From a virus: a DNA stretch of 64,000 nt. Both the position numbers and the translations under genes were made by a program. How positions within the stretch are numbered: the stretch's first letter is position 1; every line of letters starts with the position of its first letter. Shown here in pieces: positions 18,621 to 26,805 of this stretch. The stretch lies in the IMG/VR virus record IMGVR_UViG_3300031215_000009, positions 17,442 to 81,441 of that record; one strand, written 5' to 3'. The notes under the pieces are model-generated. The model had not been told where the DNA came from, ran no database searches, and worked only from the letters and a program-made list of their open reading frames with translations.

Positions 18621-18700
18621 GATTAAATAAAGAAAGGAACTATAATAGGACTCGAATCCTAAGTTCCTTTCTTTAAAATAATTAAACTTAATGTATTTAA
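18621..18700 (+). promoter_or_regulatory. endonuclease-associated promoter/bulged-hairpin cassette, copy B
   Basis: GATTAAATA + TAAAGAAAGGAACT/AGTTCCTTTCTTTA, inner TAGGA-CTCGAA-TCCTA, then ATGTATTTAA. Confidence 0.8.
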
Positions 18701-18780
18701 CACACACCCAAATAATCCCAAATTCTGGAGGATTGTATCAAATAAGAAATAAAAATTTCAATAATTATAAATACATTTGA
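18691..18780 (+). pseudogene. GIY-YIG endonuclease N-terminal remnant
   Basis: MYLTHTQIIPNSGGLYQIRNKNFNNYKYI* (GLY..YI); stop abuts polB fragment 2 ATG. Confidence 0.6.
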
Positions 18781-19521
18781 ATGATTAAAATAAGAGATAT
18801 GACAACTGATGAAATAGAGAACTTTGATTATAGTTCTCTATCAGAATCTGAGAAAGCCAATATCATTAGGGAACTAACTGACGAAGCAGCAATCAAAGGT
18901 ACACTTGAACAATCTAATAAATTAGTTCTTAACTCTATTTATGGTTCGATGGCATCTATATTTTTCTATTTTTATAATAAGAGTTTAGCGGAAACAATAA
19001 CAGGACAAGGACAAGATGCTATTCGATATGCTGAAAGGGCAGTTGATTCTTATTTTCAAAACATTTTACACAAAGATAAATTTATTCTTAATAAATTAAA
19101 AGAAATTTGTCCAGATGTGAATGTAACCCCCGAACCTTGTGTTAAACCAACAGTTGTTTATATTGACACAGATAGTGTTGATAAAGATACTATTATTAGT
19201 ACAAATAAAGGAAATATTAGAATAGAAGATTTGTATAACGAAAATTCTATTAATGCAGGGGGAACCAAAAGTGGGCACGAATCTGTTGAAACTAACAGAA
19301 CAGTATTGAATTGGTCAGAAACTAATGGACTTTATCAAGCACCAGTAAAAAGAATTATTAGACACAAAGTATCTAAAGCAAAATGGAAACTTAAAACTAA
19401 ATCTGGAAAAGAAGTAACTGTAACTAACGACCACTCTATGATTGTATTTAGAAATGGGGTTAAGATAGAAGTTAAACCATCTGAAATATTAAAAACCGAT
19501 AAAATATTGTCAATTAGGTAA
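18781..19521 (+). CDS. gp43: PolB fragment 2 (motif B, YIDTD) + Ser1 IntN (19174..19518, 115 aa)
   Basis: KLVLNSIYG motif B; YIDTD|SVDKDT; VTNDH block B. Confidence 0.93.
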   Translation: MIKIRDMTTDEIENFDYSSLSESEKANIIRELTDEAAIKGTLEQSNKLVLNSIYGSMASIFFYFYNKSLAETITGQGQDAIRYAERAVDSYFQNILHKDKFILNKLKEICPDVNVTPEPCVKPTVVYIDTDSVDKDTIISTNKGNIRIEDLYNENSINAGGTKSGHESVETNRTVLNWSETNGLYQAPVKRIIRHKVSKAKWKLKTKSGKEVTVTNDHSMIVFRNGVKIEVKPSEILKTDKILSIR

Positions 19522-19565
19522 CTTTGTAGTTTATATAGATTAAATTTAGAAAGTCTATATAAAAT

Positions 19566-19766
19566 ATGAATTTAAAAGAACAAATAAAAGGATTTAGAAA
19601 TAGAGAGATAAATTACATAGTGCGAATATGTGATATATTAGAATTTGATAGTTGCATAGTAACGGGAGAATCTATAATATATCCAAATACTAAAATTAGA
19701 CAACACAAAGACGGTGAAATTTACTTAGAAAATGAAATACGAAATAGAAGAAATAGAATACATTGA
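19566..19766 (+). pseudogene. internally deleted ORF between intein halves (probable endonuclease remnant)
   Basis: position typical of fractured-gene endonucleases; hairpin 19530..19563 covers its leader; overlaps IntC start. Confidence 0.4.
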
Positions 19767-20685
19767 GTGTATAGGAGAATTTGATGATGAATATGTTTAT
19801 GATATAGAAGTTGATGATGATACCCATACATTTATTGCAAATGATATATTGGTTCATAATTCTGCTTATGTGACTTTTGAAGAAGTTGCAAAGAAAATCA
19901 ATTGGACAGGTTCAGCAACGGATTTAGTACTTACTATCAATAAACACAGACTAGAATCTTATTTAAAGAAAGTGTTTGAAAAGTATGCTGAATCTTATAA
20001 TACTGAAAATTATTTAGATTTTGAATTAGAAACAATCAGTAAATCGGGTATTTGGGTAAAGAAAAAGAAATATACACAAGACATTGTGTGGGCTGATGGT
20101 AAGTTCTATGATAGTGGTAGTTACACAAAAACAACAGGATTGGAGATCATTAGATTAACTACACCTCCATTTTGTAGACCAGAATTAGTTAAATTAGTTC
20201 AATGGATATTCGATAAAGGTAAACAATTTACACAAAGAGATATTACAATTGAATTGTTGAAATTAAAGAAAAGATTTGCAATTGTTGACATTGAAGATAT
20301 TAGTATTACAACAGGAATAGGTGATTATGAAAAATATATTCTTAGTGACACTAATGGGTTAAAAGTTGCAAGTGGTTGTGGAACTCACATTAGAGGAGCA
20401 GGGATTTATAATATGTACCTTAATAACAATCCAGATTATGAAAATAAGTATGAAAGATTAAAAACAGGTGACAAAGTTAAGTGGTATTATGCAAAATCAC
20501 ACAAAGAAGAATTAAATGTTTTTAGTTACAAACGTGGTTCACACCCTAAAGAGTTTGCACCAGAAATAGACATTGATTTGATGTTTGAAAAAACAGTGAT
20601 AAACCCACTAAATAATATTCTTCAAGCAATGCCAGGGATTAATGCATTATCTGGTTCATTGAAGATCAAAAAAAGATTATTTTAA
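19732..20685 (+). CDS. gp43: PolB fragment 3: IntC (43 aa) + palm/thumb
   Basis: VYDIEV..HTFIANDILVHN|SAYV restores YIDTDSAYV motif C; KKKKY; GLEIIR. Confidence 0.93.
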   Translation: MKYEIEEIEYIECIGEFDDEYVYDIEVDDDTHTFIANDILVHNSAYVTFEEVAKKINWTGSATDLVLTINKHRLESYLKKVFEKYAESYNTENYLDFELETISKSGIWVKKKKYTQDIVWADGKFYDSGSYTKTTGLEIIRLTTPPFCRPELVKLVQWIFDKGKQFTQRDITIELLKLKKRFAIVDIEDISITTGIGDYEKYILSDTNGLKVASGCGTHIRGAGIYNMYLNNNPDYENKYERLKTGDKVKWYYAKSHKEELNVFSYKRGSHPKEFAPEIDIDLMFEKTVINPLNNILQAMPGINALSGSLKIKKRLF

Positions 20686-20702
20686 AAAAACAATTAATAT
20701 AT

Positions 20703-21011
20703 ATGGCAAAAACAAGTAAAAAACATAGTTCCGTTGATGATATATTCAAAGAACTTAACGAAGTTAATCCTTTTGGTAGTAGTAGTTTCGGTACCTCAGA
20801 GATTTATAAAAACAACAACTGGATTGATTCTGGTAATTGGATTCTTAATGCAGCATTAAGTGGTTCAATTAAAAAAGGGTTTCCAAGTACTAAACAAACA
20901 TCATTAGTAGGAGAATCTGGTTGTTTACCGAAAGAAGAAGTTGTTCGATTATATATACTAAAGAGTATAGATAATTATGATAGAGAAATTATTAACGAGG
21001 AACATATCTAA
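20703..21011 (+). CDS. uvsX: UvsX/RecA N-extein + very short IntN (29 aa)
   Basis: IDSGNWILNAALSG..GFP..LVGESG|CLPKEE. Confidence 0.9.
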   Translation: MAKTSKKHSSVDDIFKELNEVNPFGSSSFGTSEIYKNNNWIDSGNWILNAALSGSIKKGFPSTKQTSLVGESGCLPKEEVVRLYILKSIDNYDREIINEEHI

Positions 21012-21052
21012 CACTAAATCTTTATTTTGTGTTAAGGACGAAAACAAAAAAT

Positions 21053-22525
21053 ATGAAAATAGAAATTATTAAAAAAGAGTTAACTCATTGTGGATATGAC
21101 ATCGACAAGTTAACTGATGGGGAATTAACTAAGTTATTCAATACTCATTGCGAAGAACATTCTGAATTAGTTAAAGTACAAGATTTAATTGAAAATAAAC
21201 TATCTAACTTTATAGTTATAGATACACCAGATGGATTTCAAGAAATTAGTACTATTTATAATAAAAAGGAAAGACCTATATATGAAATAGTATTGACTAA
21301 TGGATTTAAAGGACTATCTTCTAATGACCACTTATATGAAACACCAACTGGATGGGTTAAAGCCGAAGTACTTAAAAAATCTGATTTAGTATTGACTAAA
21401 GATGGAGTTTACGAGGTATCTACTATAAATAAAAAAGACAAAGAATTAGTATATGATTGGACAGTAGAACACGAAAACCATAGATACTGGTCTGGTGTTG
21501 GAGGTATTAGTTCCCATAATAGCGGTAAAACATTCTTAACACTTAACGCTGTAAGGAATGCACAATTAGCTGGTTACACACCAATTTATTACGATACAGA
21601 AGGTGCTGTTGACCCTGATAGTTGTTTGAATTTCGGTATTGATTTAAAAAACTTTAGACACGAACCAGTTTCGGAGATTGAAAAGTTGAAAACAATGTAT
21701 GCTATTTTCATCAAGAACTTAACCGCATTGAAAATCAAAGGACAAGAAATTCCTAAATTTATTCTGATTCTTGATTCAATCGGAATGGTTGCATCATCAA
21801 AAGAAATAGAAGATGCAAGAACTGGAAATAGTGCCGCAGATATGACAAGAGCAAAACAAATACGTTCGTTCTTTAGAATTATCACATCAGATTTGAATTC
21901 ATTAGGAATTCCAATGATATTCACAAACCATACAATGGTAAACATTGGTGGTTATGGAGACCCAGTTGTTCAAGGTGGTGGAGGTGGTGTTGTTTATTCC
22001 CCAAGTATCACATTATACTTATCAAAAGCAAAATTGAAAGATGATAAGAATGATGATAAAAGACAAACAGGTGTAATTGTAACAGCCAAGACCGGAAAGA
22101 ATAGATTTGCACAACCTAAAACTATTAAGTTTCCTATATTCTTTGATAGACCATTCAACAGATATATGGGTGTTCAAGATTATCTAAGTTGGGATAATGT
22201 AGGAATTGCAAAAGGAAATCTATTAACAAAATCTGAATATAATAAACTTAAAGGACAAGCAAAAGAAAAGATAAAAGTTTTTACACCAGACAACTCAGAT
22301 GAAATAATGTATTTCGCACCAAAAGAAACAGCGAGAAAATATGTTGTTGAACATTTAGGCGAAGCAATCGACACGAGACAATTATTTTCTGAAAGAGTTA
22401 TGAAACCATTAGAAGATAGATTTGATGCTGTAATTAGAAAAGATTTCGAATTTAGTTCACAAGAAACCGATGAAGAAATTGAAGAAATACTTCACAATGA
22501 TGATGAAGAACTAAACGAAGATTAA
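21053..22525 (+). CDS. uvsX: UvsX/RecA: long IntC (156 aa) + C-extein
   Basis: SSNDH block B, VYDWTV..SSHN|SGKT restores Walker A GESGSGKT; YYDTEG, ILDSIG, FTNH. Confidence 0.92.
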   Translation: MKIEIIKKELTHCGYDIDKLTDGELTKLFNTHCEEHSELVKVQDLIENKLSNFIVIDTPDGFQEISTIYNKKERPIYEIVLTNGFKGLSSNDHLYETPTGWVKAEVLKKSDLVLTKDGVYEVSTINKKDKELVYDWTVEHENHRYWSGVGGISSHNSGKTFLTLNAVRNAQLAGYTPIYYDTEGAVDPDSCLNFGIDLKNFRHEPVSEIEKLKTMYAIFIKNLTALKIKGQEIPKFILILDSIGMVASSKEIEDARTGNSAADMTRAKQIRSFFRIITSDLNSLGIPMIFTNHTMVNIGGYGDPVVQGGGGGVVYSPSITLYLSKAKLKDDKNDDKRQTGVIVTAKTGKNRFAQPKTIKFPIFFDRPFNRYMGVQDYLSWDNVGIAKGNLLTKSEYNKLKGQAKEKIKVFTPDNSDEIMYFAPKETARKYVVEHLGEAIDTRQLFSERVMKPLEDRFDAVIRKDFEFSSQETDEEIEEILHNDDEELNED

Positions 22526-22540
22526 AATAAATTCTAAATT

Positions 22541-22574
22541 AAATCCCACATTTCTTTGATTTGTGGGATTTTTT
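22541..22574 (+). terminator. intrinsic terminator
   Basis: AAATCCCACA/TGTGGGATTT + T tract. Confidence 0.8.
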
Positions 22575-22625
22575 GTTATCTTACATTTTCTAAAAATTAA
22601 ATAAACTATAAAAATAATTAACAAA

Positions 22626-22838
22626 ATGAACGATTTATTAAAATATATTAATAAAGAAGAAATTAATGAAGCAATGGTACAAATTGCAGGAAGTAAAAAA
22701 CCATCAGGTGCAAAAGTTTTAGCAAAGATTACTGTTGAAATGTTAGTTGATAAAGGTTATTTTACAAAACTACCTAAAGATTTTATACCGTATGCAAAAG
22801 AAGATATTGAAGAAGTTATTATAAATAGTACATTTTAA
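22626..22838 (+). CDS. small late hypothetical protein
   Basis: own TTAAATA promoter and terminator; INEA motif. Confidence 0.6.
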   Translation: MNDLLKYINKEEINEAMVQIAGSKKPSGAKVLAKITVEMLVDKGYFTKLPKDFIPYAKEDIEEVIINSTF

Positions 22839-22917
22839 TATTATAATCATAATTTAATTACGAAGGACTAAAATTATTTAGTCCTTTTTTGTGTTTAATA
22901 CACAAAGAAAGATATAT

Positions 22918-24240
22918 ATGATAAACACTAATGAATTTGAGAAGATATTTTTACTGTACGCATTGCAAACACCTGTCTATTTAGAACCAGTTGAACAAGG
23001 GTTCTTTTCCGTACCAGAAATAGATTTACTTGCTACCCTATCAAAAAGGTATTACAAGAAATATAAAATTGCACCTACAAAAGATAACTTGTGGATGCTT
23101 ATTTCAACAGGAGAATTAGAACAACGATGTCCTAAAGTATTTTTTGATGAAATATTTAAGAAAAAAATAGAATCTTATGATATTGCTTGGGTAGAAGAAA
23201 CAGCTCAATCGTGGATCAAATGGAAACATTTAGACTCATCTATCATTGATACAGTTGAATATATCAATACTGTAAAGGTTACACCTGAAAATGTTAGTTC
23301 TATTGTTGATGATGTTAAAAATATGATTAATGGTAGAAACAATATTACTTTTGATGATGATTTAGGTTCAGATTTCTTTGATACAAAATCTCACGTTCGT
23401 GACCCACAAGATTTATTAAGTTCTAATTATGATTTCTTAGACAAAAACCTTGGTGGGCACTCTAAAGGAACATTAAATGTTTATGTTGCACCACCAAACA
23501 CAGGAAAATCGTTATTCTTAGCACAAGATGCTGCTAATTATATGAAAGCAGGTAAAAATGTATTGTTTATCTCATTAGAAATGGGAGGACAAAAGGTTCA
23601 TAAAAGAATTGGTTCAGATATTTTCAATATTGCTATGAGTGATTATGATAACAAAGCAGATGATACTGATTTCATGCATCGCAAAATTTCTGAATTCAAA
23701 GCACATAGTATAATTGAACCAGGTGCATTAACAGTAAAGAATTACGAAACAAGTAATGCAACTGCCGATGATATTGATAATTTTATTGGTAAAGTTCAAG
23801 ATATTACAGGATTAGTTTATGATGTTGTAATAGTGGATTATATTAATATCATGAAAGATATTAGAAATCCTAATTCAGAATCAACATACATCAAGATTAA
23901 AAACATTTGTGAAGATTTAAGAGCAGTTGCTCAAAGAAGACATGTAGTTCTTTTAAGTGCAACACAAACTAACAGATGTTTAAGTTTAGATACTAAAGTA
24001 CAAACTAAAGAGGGAGAAATGGAAATATCTAAAATAAAAGAAGGTGACTTTATTATGGGAACAGAAGATTGGGTTAAAGTTACTAAAGTTTACCCAATAG
24101 AAACACTACCTAAAGTATTGAAACTTAAAACCAAATCAGGAAAAGAAATTGTTTGTGGTCATAATCACTTATTCCCAATAGGAGATAAATTAGTAAAAGC
24201 ATCCGACTTAGTAATTGGAGACAAATTAACAAGTAAATAG
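22918..24240 (+). CDS. gp41: gp41/DnaB replicative helicase N-extein + IntN (23977..24237, 87 aa)
   Basis: APPNTGKS Walker A, ISLEM, IVDYI, SATQTNR|CLSLDT; CGHNH block B. Confidence 0.93.
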   Translation: MINTNEFEKIFLLYALQTPVYLEPVEQGFFSVPEIDLLATLSKRYYKKYKIAPTKDNLWMLISTGELEQRCPKVFFDEIFKKKIESYDIAWVEETAQSWIKWKHLDSSIIDTVEYINTVKVTPENVSSIVDDVKNMINGRNNITFDDDLGSDFFDTKSHVRDPQDLLSSNYDFLDKNLGGHSKGTLNVYVAPPNTGKSLFLAQDAANYMKAGKNVLFISLEMGGQKVHKRIGSDIFNIAMSDYDNKADDTDFMHRKISEFKAHSIIEPGALTVKNYETSNATADDIDNFIGKVQDITGLVYDVVIVDYINIMKDIRNPNSESTYIKIKNICEDLRAVAQRRHVVLLSATQTNRCLSLDTKVQTKEGEMEISKIKEGDFIMGTEDWVKVTKVYPIETLPKVLKLKTKSGKEIVCGHNHLFPIGDKLVKASDLVIGDKLTSK

Positions 24241-24287
24241 GTGTTTGTGTTGCAGATAATAGTTTTTGAGTAAATAGTATTGTATAA

Positions 24288-25487
24288 ATGTCATATATTA
24301 TGAAATCAAAAACTATTAAAAATAACATACAAAAAATCATAGAGCAAGACAATTATAATAAATCAAATGTCGAAATTAATTTTCGTAGATTGTTAGTATT
24401 CTTTAGATTCTTTGAAAAAAATATTAGATTCGTCCAGATATATCAAACAACAAAGAAACTTCAATTATTAAAAAAACTATATTATATGTTTCAATACAAT
24501 ATAGAAATAGAAACATCTACAAATTTAGATGAAAAATGGACAAATTTATTGTCTTTGTCATCTAAAGATAGTTCATCTATTGAATATCATACTATCATAT
24601 ATGGACAAAAATTAGGTAAGGTTATACAAGAAAACAAATCAAAGAAAACTGCAATTACTGTTAATAATTTTATTAACAAGGTAGGTACTCTTTATAAAAA
24701 TATCGAAGAAGCCAAAGTAGCATATAGAAATAGTAGAAATGGAACAAGTGATGTAAAGTTTAAAGAAAAATTTGGAACGAACTGGAAGGAACACAAACAA
24801 GAGTATTTAGACAGGAAACGACATAAACAATCAGTAGAGTATTTAGGGGAAGATGAATACAATAAAAGAAAAGAATATCACAAATACTATAATACGAAAG
24901 ACGGATATATCAAAAAGCATGGATTTGTAAAGGGATATGGTTTATGGAAAAGTAAAAATAATAATATTAGAAAGTCTAATAAATTATTAACACACAACCG
25001 AGATAATAATAGTTTACCTGCACATATTCAAAGATATGGTATATTCAAAGGTAACCAAATATATAAAAATCTTTGTTCAAAACAAAGACAAATATCAATA
25101 GTAAATGAATCGTATAAATATTTTGGTAAAAATAATGGTGCTATTAGTAAAATATCAATGGTATTATATGATATGTTAATTCCATTTATTGATAATATAG
25201 AATGTGAGTTTAAAATAAATAGATATTATTTTGACTTTAAGATAGGTAAGACTATTATAGAGTTTAATGGTGACTATTGGCACTGCAATCCTATGATTTA
25301 TGAACATGACCAATTAGTAAAATTTCCAAATAGAACAATACCCGCTAATACTAAATGGGAAGAAGATAAAAAGAAAATTAAAGTTGCTAAAGATAATGGA
25401 TATGATGTTATTGTTATTTGGGAAAAAGATTTTAGAAATAATAAACAAAAAGTATTACAACAATTAAAAAGAATATTATGTATTTAG
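24288..25487 (+). CDS. Vsr/DUF559-like homing endonuclease between intein halves
   Basis: FDFKIGKTIIEFNGDYWHCNP...GYDVIVIWEKD; N-terminal helical repeats. Confidence 0.85.
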   Translation: MSYIMKSKTIKNNIQKIIEQDNYNKSNVEINFRRLLVFFRFFEKNIRFVQIYQTTKKLQLLKKLYYMFQYNIEIETSTNLDEKWTNLLSLSSKDSSSIEYHTIIYGQKLGKVIQENKSKKTAITVNNFINKVGTLYKNIEEAKVAYRNSRNGTSDVKFKEKFGTNWKEHKQEYLDRKRHKQSVEYLGEDEYNKRKEYHKYYNTKDGYIKKHGFVKGYGLWKSKNNNIRKSNKLLTHNRDNNSLPAHIQRYGIFKGNQIYKNLCSKQRQISIVNESYKYFGKNNGAISKISMVLYDMLIPFIDNIECEFKINRYYFDFKIGKTIIEFNGDYWHCNPMIYEHDQLVKFPNRTIPANTKWEEDKKKIKVAKDNGYDVIVIWEKDFRNNKQKVLQQLKRILCI

Positions 25488-25843
25488 ATGAAATAATAGA
25501 AATAGAAACAATAGACAATATAGATACCGTAGATATTGAAGTATCAGGTAAAGATAGATTATTTTATGCTAATAATATTTTAACTCACAATAGTGGTTTT
25601 GAGAGTTCAAATATTAATATGGGAATGATTGCAGAATCAGCTGGTTTAGCAGCAACTTGTGATACTATCATGGCAATTATTCAAACACCTGATATGAACC
25701 TAGAAGGATTCTATTGGTTGAAACTATTAAAAGTTAGAGATGGTTCCGGTAAAGGAATAAAGTGTAAAATTGATATAGATTATGAATACATGAGATTGCA
25801 CGAAACCAACACGGTATTGTTTGACGATGGTAGTGGTGAATAA
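25478..25843 (+). CDS. gp41: gp41 helicase IntC (38 aa) + C-extein
   Basis: VDIEVSG.RLFYANNILTHN|SGF; IAESAGLAATCD; LLKVRDG. Confidence 0.93.
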   Translation: MYLDEIIEIETIDNIDTVDIEVSGKDRLFYANNILTHNSGFESSNINMGMIAESAGLAATCDTIMAIIQTPDMNLEGFYWLKLLKVRDGSGKGIKCKIDIDYEYMRLHETNTVLFDDGSGE

Positions 25844-25891
25844 AATATTTCAACTAAAAAACACATTTAATAAGTATAATTAACCAACAAT

Positions 25892-26371
25892 ATGGCAGAA
25901 GATAAAAAACCAACAACAAAACAATCCAACTATTACTTACAAAGTAGGTATGATAATGGAGAACTTAATATAGAACCGATTTCATTTGAACCAGATACTG
26001 GTAGTAGAATGTATTCCGACAATTCACAAGAATCTGTAAATAAAAAAGAAGACTTAGAAGAATTAGATTTACAAATTTCAAACAATTCTATGATTAAAAA
26101 ATTAATTGATGATATTCCATTAGAAAGAACAATTAATTTACCAATAGAAAGTGTTAATAAGATATATGCATTTTGTATGTTGTTATTGAAAAACAATAAA
26201 CGATTATCGAGATTGACAAAAACAGATATGTTTGCATTAATAACAGACTATATCAATCTTAATGAAAAAGAAGAACGTTATTTCTATAAAAATTTATCAA
26301 TTAAGTTTAAAGGTGAATTATTAGATGAATTGAAAAAAGCTAATTTATACAAATCAAATAAATTATTTTAA
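25892..26371 (+). CDS. hypothetical protein, candidate gp33-like late transcription co-activator
   Basis: C-terminal FYKNLSIKFKGELLDELKKANLY..KLF loosely resembles gp33 helices and tail. Confidence 0.4.
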   Translation: MAEDKKPTTKQSNYYLQSRYDNGELNIEPISFEPDTGSRMYSDNSQESVNKKEDLEELDLQISNNSMIKKLIDDIPLERTINLPIESVNKIYAFCMLLLKNNKRLSRLTKTDMFALITDYINLNEKEERYFYKNLSIKFKGELLDELKKANLYKSNKLF

Positions 26372-26388
26372 TATGTCAAAAGTATTTT

Positions 26389-26471
26389 GAATAAATAAAG
26401 AAAGGAACTATTATAGAACTGCAAATTCTAAGTTCCTTTCTTTAAAAATAATTAACTTAATGTATTTAATC
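26389..26471 (+). promoter_or_regulatory. endonuclease-associated promoter/bulged-hairpin cassette, copy C
   Basis: ATAAATA + TAAAGAAAGGAACT/AGTTCCTTTCTTTA, inner TAGAA-CTGCAAA-TTCTA, then ATGTATTTAA. Confidence 0.8.
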
Positions 26472-26805
26472 TCACGAGAATGGAGTATCAGAACTCCATA
26501 TTATTTCTACAAAACAACAAATCTTATTAGCAATAAATTCTACTACGGTAGTGGAACGGATAAAGAAAACTACATTAGTTAAAGACAAAAAAGGAAACAA
26601 ATTTCATATCAGTCCAGATGATACTCGATATATAAGTGGTGAATTATTCGGACACACTAAAGGTGATTGGGTTTGGAATAATAGAATACAAATAAACAAT
26701 ATGATAAAAATAGCGAAAGAGTGGAAAGATTTTTATAGTTTAGTAAAATTATCTGAACTAAAATCACATTTAATAAGTAACAATATTAAATTTGAAAAAT
26801 TATGA
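26460..26805 (+). pseudogene. degenerate Seg-like GIY-YIG endonuclease
   Basis: YYFYKTTNLISNKFYYG then, frameshifted, VKDKKGNKFHISPDDTRYISGELFG repeat typical of phage HEG C-termini. Confidence 0.7.

Noticed and set aside
18646-18661. tRNA gene (GGACTCGAATCC resembles a T-arm; CTGCAAA at 26419 resembles a Cys anticodon loop)
   Set aside because: No cloverleaf; both are inner loops of the repeated hairpin cassette
17700-18800. Intein at the first PolB split
   Set aside because: No block A/B at the end of fragment 1 and no HN|C/S/T at the start of fragment 2
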